Source of the DNA: Candidatus Heimdallarchaeota archaeon B3_Heim
Lineage (GTDB): Archaea > Asgardarchaeota > Heimdallarchaeia > Hodarchaeales > Hodarchaeaceae
Assembly: GCA_003144275.1 (NCBI GenBank)
Contig: NJBF01000030.1
Location: forward strand, 1-32,000
DNA length: 32,000 bases
Reading direction: 5' to 3'
Shown here: piece by piece, positions 1 to 9,182 of the stretch
Numbering within the stretch: the stretch's first letter is position 1
Layout of the letters: every line of letters begins with the position of its first letter
Notes under the pieces: model-generated
What the model saw: only the letters and a program-made list of their open reading frames with translations
What the model was told of the DNA's origin: nothing
Databases searched by the model: none
Made by a program: the position numbers and the translations under genes

Positions 1-1006
1 GAACCATCCGCTATGTCGGATTGCCCAGATTCAAGAAAAAAGGCAAGTGTAAGGACAGCTTTCGATTAACCGGAGTAATTCATCTCGTTCCAAAAGTAAA
101 ACAGATCCAATTACCTCGTTTGGGTAAATTACGGCTAAAAGAAAGACCAAATTTACTCTCGTCGGCACGAATACTGAGTGTCACGGTTTCTCGGACTGCA
201 AATCGCTGGTATGTGGCTCTTACCGTGAAAGAGGAACAACCTGATCGGAAACCAAACGGGGGCCCACTCGTTGCGTTGGATAAAGGATTATCTGTCTTTG
301 CAACCTTATCTTCTGGAAATCCAATCGCACGCCCTAAATTTCTCCTCCAGCAAGCTCGGAAACAGCGTCGCTTATCGAAGGCGCATTCGCGGAAACTTAA
401 AGGCTCAAATAATAAACGGAAGTCTACCCTCCGCTTAGGGCGATTCTATCGGCGAATCACCAACCAACGGCATAATTTTTTGCATCAAACCTCAACTTAT
501 CTGGCTAAAAACCACAGCGTGATAGTTACTGAGGATTTACATGTCAAAGGATTAATGCAAAATAAAAAGCTTAGTAAATATTGGGCCGATCTTTCACATG
601 GGACATTTCAACGTTTCCTAGCGTATAAGGCTCCTTTATATGGCTCTAAGGTGATTGTGATCGATCGCTGGTTTCCTTCCTCGAAATTATGCTCGAATTG
701 CCTGTATTACCGTCGGGATCTGACGTTAGCTGATCGAATTTTTCATTGCCCGTTATGTGGGTTGGTATTAGATCGCGATCAGAATGCCGCGTTCAATGTA
801 GCCAATTATTATACTATCTATCAGTTCCTACTCTTTCCGGTCGCCGAGAGTTCTGCGGAGACCCTAAATGCCTGTGGAGAGGTGGCAAGACCTGCATTTC
901 AGCAGGCACGCGTCGATGAATCAGGAAGAACAGCTCCAAGGACTGTTTGTAATAATTTTTCCTAATTATTCTTAACCGTCCAATTTGGGTAAGTCTATCA
1001 GAACGG
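1..1006 (+). mobile_element. IS607-type tnpB element, copy 1 (left part outside window); right end at ...TCAGAACGG
   Basis: Homology to the copy at 21537-22975 continues 41 nt past the stop codon (36/41 identical by manual alignment) and stops abruptly after GAACGG at 1006; a GG junction core is typical of the IS607 family. Confidence 0.8.
3..965 (+). CDS. tnpB: RNA-guided endonuclease TnpB (IS607-associated type), 5'-partial
   Basis: Frame is open back to position 3 (TIRYVGLPRF, matching TTRYVGLPKF in copy 2), so the TTG at 21 is not the real start. RuvC-I ALDKG, RuvC-II VTEDL, zinc finger CSNC/CPLC and RuvC-III DRDQNAA are all present. Confidence 0.95.
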   Translation, partial: TIRYVGLPRFKKKGKCKDSFRLTGVIHLVPKVKQIQLPRLGKLRLKERPNLLSSARILSVTVSRTANRWYVALTVKEEQPDRKPNGGPLVALDKGLSVFATLSSGNPIARPKFLLQQARKQRRLSKAHSRKLKGSNNKRKSTLRLGRFYRRITNQRHNFLHQTSTYLAKNHSVIVTEDLHVKGLMQNKKLSKYWADLSHGTFQRFLAYKAPLYGSKVIVIDRWFPSSKLCSNCLYYRRDLTLADRIFHCPLCGLVLDRDQNAAFNVANYYTIYQFLLFPVAESSAETLNACGEVARPAFQQARVDESGRTAPRTVCNNFS

Positions 1007-1026
1007 ATGTATTCACTCGTGACATC
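835..1026 (+). ncRNA. Predicted omega/reRNA of tnpB copy 1 (scaffold to 1006, guide about 1007-1026); 5' boundary approximate
   Basis: The tnpB 3' end and downstream 41 nt are conserved between copies and include the hairpin CCTGC-ATTTCA-GCAGG (891-906). TnpB guide RNAs are known to overlap the ORF 3' end and take the guide from the right flank. Confidence 0.6.
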
Positions 1027-1044
1027 ATTCTGAACGCGAGGCTT

Positions 1045-2481
1045 TCACTCCTCCATTACTATAGGGTCATGTGATTTTCTTAATAATGAGATACCAGCCC
1101 CAAGCAACGCAAAGAGAGCAAAAATTAAATAAGTTGACTCCAAGCTTTGATAATAGCTCGAAGTGAAAATCAGTCCACTAGAAATTTCATCAGGATTATG
1201 CATCAAATAAAACAAGCTAAAAAACGCTGATGTTAGTGTTGTACCCAGAGTAAATCCAATATTACGAGATAGACCTATTAAACCCGATACCACACTTACG
1301 TCTTTTGTTGGAGCAGCATTCATTACAGAGGTTCCATTAGAAACTGTAAATGTAGTTAATGCTCCAGCTGATAAAGCGACTAAAGGAACTACGATATATA
1401 GTTCCAAATTAATTGTTAAAGCTAAAAGAAAGACAAAAAAACTGAGAAAAAATGCACCAAAAGATGCTAACTTCCGAATATCTATTTTTTCTGCAAATAA
1501 ACCAGCAACAGGGCCCATAATTGCCATAGCAATCGGAGGTACAATCATAAGAATTCCTGTTTGGGATTGTGAAAACATTTGGACTTCTTGGTAAAAGAAG
1601 GGTAAGAGAAAAACCATTCCGTAATAGACCATATAACAGAGAAAAGAAGAAAATATACCTGCTAAGATCGTTCTATTCTTCATAATTTTTATTGAAATCA
1701 TGGGCTTAGGATTTCTTATTTCCAAATAAACGAATGCTACTCCAAAGAATATCGCGGTAATAATCAGAAATCCTCCAATTAAATTATCCTTAAAGATAAT
1801 TAAAACTCCACCAACAAAAGAGAATGCAGTGATAATGAAAAATATCATTCCTATGTAATCTATCTTTATATTTGGTTTGCGAGGTGTTTCTGGGATTTGT
1901 CGATGTACTAAAAGAATCCCGACTAACCCTATAGGTACATTGATTAGAAAAATACTTGTCCAACCAATGTATTCGGAAAGAAAACCTCCCAAGACAGGCC
2001 CGGATGAGAGCGCTGATGCAACTACTAATGAGTTTAATCCGATTGCCCGTCCTCGTATTGATGGTTCGACGTACGTAATAACCAACGCTAGCCCATTCGC
2101 AGTTAGTCCAGCCCCTCCTATAGCTTGAATGACCCGAGCAAAAACTAACATTTCCAAAGTGATTGATACGGCACATAATACCGAACCAAGAATGAATAAT
2201 CCCATACCAATCTGAAACACTATTTTACGTCCATAATTGTCTCCTAGCATACCAGCAATCCCGATAAAGCAAGAAATGACTAATAAATACGCAATAACAA
2301 TCAGACGTATCCCCTCCATATTTGTGTCCAAAGCATTCGCGATGGTTACTAATGAAACATTAACTATGGAACCATCCATCGCCGACATAAAAGTGCCAAT
2401 TGCAGTAATCGGCAAAATTAATTTTAATGGGATTATTGTCGATTCTGATTTATCTGAATCGGGATGAGGTTCTGTATGCAT
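1045..2481 (-). CDS. MFS transporter, DHA2 (EmrB/QacA-like) 14-TM drug:H+ antiporter family
   Basis: MSAMDGSIVNVSL motif D, GMLGDNYGRKIVF motif A, ARVIQAIGG motif B and GPVLGG motif C; about 14 hydrophobic segments. Confidence 0.9.
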   Translation of the reverse strand: MHTEPHPDSDKSESTIIPLKLILPITAIGTFMSAMDGSIVNVSLVTIANALDTNMEGIRLIVIAYLLVISCFIGIAGMLGDNYGRKIVFQIGMGLFILGSVLCAVSITLEMLVFARVIQAIGGAGLTANGLALVITYVEPSIRGRAIGLNSLVVASALSSGPVLGGFLSEYIGWTSIFLINVPIGLVGILLVHRQIPETPRKPNIKIDYIGMIFFIITAFSFVGGVLIIFKDNLIGGFLIITAIFFGVAFVYLEIRNPKPMISIKIMKNRTILAGIFSSFLCYMVYYGMVFLLPFFYQEVQMFSQSQTGILMIVPPIAMAIMGPVAGLFAEKIDIRKLASFGAFFLSFFVFLLALTINLELYIVVPLVALSAGALTTFTVSNGTSVMNAAPTKDVSVVSGLIGLSRNIGFTLGTTLTSAFFSLFYLMHNPDEISSGLIFTSSYYQSLESTYLIFALFALLGAGISLLRKSHDPIVMEE

Positions 2482-2666
2482 AGGTTGACCTTCGGTTTTA
2501 AACTAAAAAATGTGAAAAAGTTGATGATAAGCTTGGGAGTATAAAGTTTTCCTCTATTAGTGCTTGAGAGCAATTCAGTGAGAAAGCTTCCCGTCTTAAA
2601 TCAGAACATAGCTATTTTGAATGAAATATGAAGAACCATCCATTGTCTTAATCTGGGGCAAATCTT

Positions 2667-3572
2667 ATGTCTTGGTCCAAAGTAGAGCTACACGACTTAC
2701 AGTTGGCTGGTAAAATAGCCCATTTAACATTAGATCAAATTGAAAAGATAATCCAACCAGGTTTAGAAATTGCTAAGCTCTACGATTTGATTGAGTTATA
2801 TATCACCAAAAAAGCTGATCTTGCTTTTCCACCCAATATTTCAGTTGATCATTGTGCAGCTCATGATTCCGCCTCAATAAATGAAACGAGGGTTTTATCT
2901 AAAAAAGCTCTTGTTAAAGTTGATATTGGGGCGAATGTTAATGGTATGCTCTCTGATACCGCCCGAACTTTCAGTCTTGATGGTAAACATTCTCGTTTAA
3001 TCAAGGCCTCAAAAGATGCTCTACAAGCTGCAATTCAGATTATTAAACCTGGTTTACGAGTAAATGAAATTGGAGCTGCTGTCCAAGACACAATTGAGGC
3101 TTTGGGGTTCAAACCTATCGCAAATTTAACAGGTCATGAACTTGAAAAAGGTCATTTACATTCAGGACTATCTATTCCAAGCGTAATATCCATGCCATTT
3201 GCCAAAAGAGCCAAATTAAAACCAGGTATGATCTTAGCGATTGAACCTTTTGCGACAAATGGTAAAGGAATGAATTCTGGTTATGTTGAAGATGCGCCAA
3301 GTCCGCCTCTAATCTTCTCTGCAAGAGGAAACCCGAAAACAGCGATAGGTAAACTCCTCGTTAAACGCTATGAAAAGGTTCCATTCTCACTCCGAAGTGC
3401 AGCTCGTTACTTGCAGGGTCAAAAAATTAAATTTCCATCCGACTTGGGAACAGTATTGAGCGGAGATAACTTTCATGGATACAGACCATTGGTTGAACGA
3501 ACTGGTGGGTTAGTAAGTCAGGCAGAACATACCGTTCTTGTCACTTCTAATGGTGGACGCATTATAACTTAA
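2667..3572 (+). CDS. map: Methionine aminopeptidase, type II (archaeal/eukaryotic)
   Basis: FPPNIS..CAAH, KVDIGA..NG..SDTA, GHEL, AIEPF and QAEHT motifs carry all five metal ligands; the type II insertion is present. Confidence 0.93.
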   Translation: MSWSKVELHDLQLAGKIAHLTLDQIEKIIQPGLEIAKLYDLIELYITKKADLAFPPNISVDHCAAHDSASINETRVLSKKALVKVDIGANVNGMLSDTARTFSLDGKHSRLIKASKDALQAAIQIIKPGLRVNEIGAAVQDTIEALGFKPIANLTGHELEKGHLHSGLSIPSVISMPFAKRAKLKPGMILAIEPFATNGKGMNSGYVEDAPSPPLIFSARGNPKTAIGKLLVKRYEKVPFSLRSAARYLQGQKIKFPSDLGTVLSGDNFHGYRPLVERTGGLVSQAEHTVLVTSNGGRIIT

Positions 3573-3590
3573 CACAAGAGTGGTAAGTTT

Positions 3591-4490
3591 TTAAAATAAC
3601 TCGGACATTTTTTTGAGAGAAATAGCTGGAGTACCCTTTTCAGTGATCAGGAAGTCATAGACAGATTTCCAAATTTTGGACTCTGGACTCCATTTATTTT
3701 CAAAATTATTGATTCCAAACCATGCCTCGAGAGCATCATTTTCAGACTGGCCCCATTTATCCTTGGAGGAGGCTTTCAAATAACCTAAATTCGTTAAAAC
3801 TGACTTTATATTTAATTCCACTTCCCCATCTATCTTTAATAAATTCTCGGGATCTTCTCTTGTCAAGAAAATCATGTCATAAATATTAAAGATTCGCTGC
3901 AATTCCTTGATGGGTTCAACATGTTCATCCACGCGTATATCGACTAATCGGTCGGTATACCCTCCATAACTTCCCCCCTCACGCACAACGAGGAGTGACG
4001 CGGATTGTTTCCCACGACGATCGCCCATCCCTTCTGCTCCACCGGCACTAAGACTGGCAAGTAATTTATCCGATAAATCAGCTTTTGTTGTTTCATAGGC
4101 TTTGGCCATCGATTCTACTGTTTCTTCACTTATGAGAATATTTCCCTGTACACTATAAGAATCACCGACAATATGACCAGCCCATTCAAAGCATTCTTTA
4201 CCTGTAAAAGCGTCTACTCCTCCTTTCGTATCGATAATCGCGACCTGACGATGTTCTTTGTCTTCATCAGCATTAATTAGTTTCTGAAGAACTTCCTTGG
4301 CTCCTAATCCTGAATTTAATAAGTCTAATCCGTTTGATCCATAACTCATGTTTGCCATTGCTTGGGTAGCTATTGCACCAACATTTACATTTGCCCATGG
4401 GACGATAGCTCCGACACATATGAACTTACTTTGGACTGCGACTCCCAGATCCCCTGTATTCTCATCAAATGCTACTATCGAAAATGTCAT
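3591..4490 (-). CDS. DUF1028 family Ntn-hydrolase-like protein with C-terminal putative peptidoglycan-binding-like domain
   Basis: N-terminal MTFSIVA, GVAVQSKF..VGA.VPW, ATQA, GDRRGKQSA and DIRVDEH motifs; C-terminal LTNLGYL...ALEAW.GINNFE. Confidence 0.88.
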   Translation of the reverse strand: MTFSIVAFDENTGDLGVAVQSKFICVGAIVPWANVNVGAIATQAMANMSYGSNGLDLLNSGLGAKEVLQKLINADEDKEHRQVAIIDTKGGVDAFTGKECFEWAGHIVGDSYSVQGNILISEETVESMAKAYETTKADLSDKLLASLSAGGAEGMGDRRGKQSASLLVVREGGSYGGYTDRLVDIRVDEHVEPIKELQRIFNIYDMIFLTREDPENLLKIDGEVELNIKSVLTNLGYLKASSKDKWGQSENDALEAWFGINNFENKWSPESKIWKSVYDFLITEKGTPAISLKKMSELF

Positions 4491-4715
4491 TTAAATCTCT
4501 CCAAATGTATTTTTTAAGATAATCATTGCTTGAATTTGTCCTTGATATGTGAGATCAATTTTAATCTATCCCCCAGAATAGGTGAACATTGCCAATATAA
4601 TTGTACACTTATATGTGCGGGTTTCATTTCGCCTACCCTCTAAAGAGGAACATATCGGAATTATTTTTTCATCAACATGATTTTATGGCAACACAAAATA
4701 GTGTGAGGAATTTTC

Positions 4716-6023
4716 TTGTCAAATGGCACTCTCTCTGAATCGTTAAATCACTTAAAAGGATATCTTTTCTTTCTTACTGGCCAATGGGTGTCTATTCTTG
4801 GGTCTAATATCGTAAGATTTGGAATAATCTGGTATCTTACTGTTCAGACTGGAAGCCCATTAATCCTTGCCTTAGCTGCTTTTTTTGGTTTTGCTCCATT
4901 TATAATTGTGACTCCCATCTCTGGAGTATTCGTAGATCGATGGGATAGAAAAAAAATCATTATTTTCGTAGATTTCATGCAGGCATTTTTGACTGTAATT
5001 TTAATTTTGGCATTTGCTGGTTTATCGATACCAGAGTTCAATATTGCAATAAACTTCTCTGACAAAGAATTAATAGCCATAATTTTTGGAACAAGTATAA
5101 TTTTTGGGATATTTGGAGCATTCCATGCCGCAGCCGTTGATACGCTTCTCCCAATTATGGTTCCACAAGAGCATTTGAGTCGAGTAAATGGGATAAATTT
5201 TCTTGTGAATGGTGGCATCCAAGTAATTGGTCCCATTGTTGGAGCTTTTGCCTTGGGAATCATGCCGTTACAAGATTTATTTTGGTTAGATGTTATAACA
5301 TTCTTATTAGCAGTAATTCCAACTTTTCTTATATCCATTCCTAGCGTAAAACGTCAAAAAAAGCAAACAGAGGAAAAAACCTCTTTTAAAAGCGAATTTA
5401 ATGAGGGTGTTTCTTTTGTAAGGGCAACTAATGGGCTTTTAGCATTATTAGCGGTCTTTACTGCTGTCAATTTTTTCCTTTCTCCCGTCTTCTCACAGAT
5501 TCCTATCTTAGTATCAGAAATCCATCTTGGGAATGAGGAGGACCTGGCTTTTGTATTTGTTATGCAACAAATTGGTATGTTACTAGGATCGCTCCTCATG
5601 AGCTTTTGGAAAGGTTTTAAGAATAATGCAAAGGGTGTTGCTACAGGTTTATTCATAGGATATATGGGAATGTTTGCGATGGTGCTTGCCCCAATAGGAA
5701 ATTTCGTAGCATTAGGAGGAGGATTACTCATCACAGGTTTTGTTTTACCTCTGGCCAATGTTTCGAGTGAAACTATTTGGGCTAAGATTGTTCCCAAGGA
5801 TATTTTAGGAAGAGTGTACTCTGTCCGTAGAACTATTGCACAAATTTCTGCACCTGTGGGTATACTCCTCGGTGGACTGTTAGCAGAATTATTTGGTTTA
5901 GTGCTAATTCTTGGAATCTTTACAACGCTAGGGATCTTTCTTTTGATGTATGCATGGTTATTTACATCCTTTTCCCAAGTTGAACAATTAGCAGCAGAAT
6001 CTCCAACAGTTATGAATGAATAA
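4716..6023 (+). CDS. MFS transporter, DHA3/MefA-like (macrolide-efflux-type) family
   Basis: GQWVSILGS, GVFVDRWDRKKI motif A and GRVYSV; 12 TM segments; TTG start preceded by an SD-like GTGAGGA. Confidence 0.88.
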   Translation: MSNGTLSESLNHLKGYLFFLTGQWVSILGSNIVRFGIIWYLTVQTGSPLILALAAFFGFAPFIIVTPISGVFVDRWDRKKIIIFVDFMQAFLTVILILAFAGLSIPEFNIAINFSDKELIAIIFGTSIIFGIFGAFHAAAVDTLLPIMVPQEHLSRVNGINFLVNGGIQVIGPIVGAFALGIMPLQDLFWLDVITFLLAVIPTFLISIPSVKRQKKQTEEKTSFKSEFNEGVSFVRATNGLLALLAVFTAVNFFLSPVFSQIPILVSEIHLGNEEDLAFVFVMQQIGMLLGSLLMSFWKGFKNNAKGVATGLFIGYMGMFAMVLAPIGNFVALGGGLLITGFVLPLANVSSETIWAKIVPKDILGRVYSVRRTIAQISAPVGILLGGLLAELFGLVLILGIFTTLGIFLLMYAWLFTSFSQVEQLAAESPTVMNE

Positions 6024-6068
6024 GAAAGATAAAATAGTCCATCAAGAGTATGAAAAAAATGATGGTCA

Positions 6069-7220
6069 ATGTGTGATACTTTTGTAGCATTATCCCAAGC
6101 AACTACTGACGGCTCGGTAATATTCGGTAAAAATAGTGATCGTCCCTACTCTGAAATACAGAATATTACTTATTACCCCCATGATGAGCATAAAGAGACA
6201 GAGATTCAATGTACATATATTAAGATCCCACAAGTTGAAGAAACGAATGCAGTATTGCTTTCTCAACCTTATTGGATGTTTGGGGCAGAAATGGGTGCAA
6301 ATGAGCATGGAGTTGTTATTGGTAATGAAGCTGTTTGGACTCGTGAGCCACTTGGTCCACCCGCTCTCTTAGGAATGGATTTACTTAGACTTGCTCTAGA
6401 ACGTTCTCAAACTGCTAGTAATGCACTAGAGACCATTGTCGAATTATTGGAACGGTATGGTCAGGGAGGAGCATGTGCAGAAAATGATTCCTCCTTAAAT
6501 TATCATAACTCATTTCTATTAGCGGATCGATCAGAAGCTTGGGTATTAGAAACAGCTGGAAAATGGTGGGTGGCAGAGCGAGTTAAAGAACCAACAAGAA
6601 ACATTTCCAACAATTTATCTATTAGGACAGATTATGATTTAGCTGCAGCTGGACTTGTTGATTATGCAAGGGAGAAAGGCTTCTCTGAAACAACTAAACC
6701 TTTTGATTTTGCTAAAGCATTTGAGATCAACTGGAGAGAATGCAGTCCATATTCTCGGGAAGGAATAGGAAGGAGAATATTACAAGATAAGGCTGGAAAC
6801 ATATCTCCTTTAACTATAATGAAATTATTACGGAACTGTGAAGCAGGTATCTGTATGCATGGAGGTTTTAGGAGTACTGCATCCATGGTTTCCCAGCTAT
6901 TTTCTTTAGAAATCGATATCCATTGGATGACTGGAACACCTCATCCATGTAAGAGTATGTTCAAGCCAATTACTTTTCCCATATCTTCACTCACGCCTTA
7001 TCAGCCAGCAACAAATTCTCCTGACCAAAACTCAATATGGTGGGCTCATACACAATTATCAGAAACAAAACCAGCCAGATTGCCAAATTGGGAAAAAAAG
7101 GAAATGGAAATTCATTCAAAGATTCAATCTGCAAACGATGAACAATTTAAAGCCATTAGTAAACAAGCTTTCACGATAGAACAAGAAAAGTATCTGTCCC
7201 TAATTCAAAATTCCTTCTGA
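6069..7220 (+). CDS. Secernin-like peptidase family C69 (Ntn hydrolase, N-terminal Cys)
   Basis: MCDTFVA N-terminus, FGKNSDRP, WMFGAEMGANEHGVVIGNEAV and YHNSFLLAD..EAWVLETAG. Confidence 0.9.
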   Translation: MCDTFVALSQATTDGSVIFGKNSDRPYSEIQNITYYPHDEHKETEIQCTYIKIPQVEETNAVLLSQPYWMFGAEMGANEHGVVIGNEAVWTREPLGPPALLGMDLLRLALERSQTASNALETIVELLERYGQGGACAENDSSLNYHNSFLLADRSEAWVLETAGKWWVAERVKEPTRNISNNLSIRTDYDLAAAGLVDYAREKGFSETTKPFDFAKAFEINWRECSPYSREGIGRRILQDKAGNISPLTIMKLLRNCEAGICMHGGFRSTASMVSQLFSLEIDIHWMTGTPHPCKSMFKPITFPISSLTPYQPATNSPDQNSIWWAHTQLSETKPARLPNWEKKEMEIHSKIQSANDEQFKAISKQAFTIEQEKYLSLIQNSF

Positions 7221-7299
7221 GAATCATATGAAAATGAGAATTCGAATTTACATCAAGGATAAGGTCAAATTTTAAAAGGGAGGTATTAAAGTTTAATTC

Positions 7300-8118
7300 A
7301 TGGTTACTTCTGATTTCATCCCGTTTCTCTCTCCATCTCGGCCATTTGTCATGGCTCATCGAGGTGACCAAACTGTATCACCAGAAAACTCCTTATTGGC
7401 ATTAAAAAATGCCAGTTTATTGGAAATTGATTTTATTGAAACAGATATCAGATTAACCAAAGATCAAGAATTGATACTTTTTCATGATGATACTTTGGAT
7501 CGTACTACAAATGCCTCTGGTCGCATGATTGATTTTACTCTTGATCAGCTAGAAAAAAAGGTTGACTTAGGATATCGTTTCACTCTTGATGAAGGAAAAA
7601 CTTTTCCTTGTCGGGGAAAAGATTGGCGTGTGGTTACGCTACGGCAAGCATTTAGAATATTTCCAGACGTGCGTTTCAATCTAGACATAAAAAACTCCGA
7701 ACCTGAAGCTCCTTGCTTATTAGCAGAATTAATTACTGAATTCGGCCGTGAGAGTAGTATTCTTGTGGGATCTTTTCATCATGAGCAAATTGTGAAATTT
7801 AGAAAACTTTTACCTAATGTTCCAACTGCTGCATCTCCTAAAGAGGTAAAGAATTTTGTTTTACGCCATAAATTTCGAATAAATCGACTAATCTCTCCAA
7901 AATATCTAGCACTTCAGGTTCCTGTTCACTATAATGGAAATCGTATAGTTACTCCCTCTTTGATTAAAGATGCTCATATGGGGAATATTGCCGTCCATGT
8001 CTGGACAATTAATGATCGACCGACAATGGAGTGGTTAATCGGGCTGGGAGTCGATGGAATATTTACTGATGATCCTTGGTTACTTTTAGAAGCCTTACAG
8101 GAGAAGAGCTTAATCTAA
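7300..8118 (+). CDS. Glycerophosphodiester phosphodiesterase (GDPD family)
   Basis: AHRG, PENS, IETDIRLTKD, HDDTLDRTT, VHVWTIND and GVDGIFTDDP. Confidence 0.92.
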   Translation: MVTSDFIPFLSPSRPFVMAHRGDQTVSPENSLLALKNASLLEIDFIETDIRLTKDQELILFHDDTLDRTTNASGRMIDFTLDQLEKKVDLGYRFTLDEGKTFPCRGKDWRVVTLRQAFRIFPDVRFNLDIKNSEPEAPCLLAELITEFGRESSILVGSFHHEQIVKFRKLLPNVPTAASPKEVKNFVLRHKFRINRLISPKYLALQVPVHYNGNRIVTPSLIKDAHMGNIAVHVWTINDRPTMEWLIGLGVDGIFTDDPWLLLEALQEKSLI

Positions 8119-8138
8119 AACGTAATATTCAAGGGATT

Positions 8139-8903
8139 TTACTGAGAATCAGGAATACTCTGCAAAAAATCAAGTAGTAACGTATTGAATTCATCCGTAC
8201 GCTCATTAGCGATACCATGATCTCCATCATAACTATAATATTGGGTATGAGTAGGTAGATGATCTCTAATCGTCTTAAAGACCATCTGAGGGGTCACAGT
8301 ATCCTTTAATCCATAGATCATTAAGATAGGGGCTTTAATTTCCGTCATTTGACGTAGATAGTCTTTATTTCTTCTTTTTTGGATTGCTGTACTGATGTAT
8401 GTAATGTCTTTTTGAAATCGTTTAACAATCGACCATGTGAGGGAGCTGGCAGATTTTTTCTTCTCCTCAGTCCGTTTTTCTTTTGCTAGGAAGTTCCATG
8501 AGCGAGTTGTCTTATGAATAAATGGACGAGGGCCGACTAACACTAATCCTTGAACGTTCTCAGGATACTGCAGACAATACTCAATGCATAGCGAAGCTCC
8601 AACCGAATAGCCAATCAGTACAGGTTTACTTTTGAGCTTAAGAACATCGGTTACCAAGTAGTGGATATCGTTAAGAATATCCTCGGTTTTGTTTTTTTCA
8701 ACGAATTTCCCCAGACTTGACTTGGCAAAACCGCGTAAATCAGGAGCAATCAAATGATAAATTGAATTTAATTTCGGATCATCTAGTTGCATCCCCCAAT
8801 GAGAACGAGAACTACCTAAATACCCATGTATAAACACAATCGGGGAACCTTTCCCACTTTCCTCATAAAATACTTGATAACCGTCACGAGTGAAGTAAGG
8901 CAT
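8139..8903 (-). CDS. Alpha/beta-fold hydrolase
   Basis: IHGY oxyanion motif, PDLRGF, nucleophile elbow GYSVG, acid in GLKDTV and His in GDHGI. Confidence 0.88.
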   Translation of the reverse strand: MPYFTRDGYQVFYEESGKGSPIVFIHGYLGSSRSHWGMQLDDPKLNSIYHLIAPDLRGFAKSSLGKFVEKNKTEDILNDIHYLVTDVLKLKSKPVLIGYSVGASLCIEYCLQYPENVQGLVLVGPRPFIHKTTRSWNFLAKEKRTEEKKKSASSLTWSIVKRFQKDITYISTAIQKRRNKDYLRQMTEIKAPILMIYGLKDTVTPQMVFKTIRDHLPTHTQYYSYDGDHGIANERTDEFNTLLLDFLQSIPDSQ

Positions 8904-9182
8904 ATGATAGTGATTCCTTATCTGGTAACTGATGAAATAACTAGTAATTCTCCTTTTTTTTATATCTTTTTTTTTTCTTGGGGAGAGGAATCATTCTCCG
9001 ATTATGTTAGATAATCTTTAGTAGGTCAACAAGCTGATCGATTCTTAAATTCTCCTTTTTAGAAATACTTTTTAATGTGTAAAGCAGAGTACTCAGTAGT
9101 ATAGCACAAAAATACAGTCCTCTTACACTACAAGAATTAGAAGAAGTATCCAGTACCGATCTTAATCCCCCTTTGTGATACT

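Noticed and set aside
999-1032. Stem pairing the tnpB right end (CAGAA..GATGT) with the flank (ACATC.TTCTG)
   Set aside because: It spans the element/flank junction, is only 5+5 bp and is absent in copy 2; likely chance.
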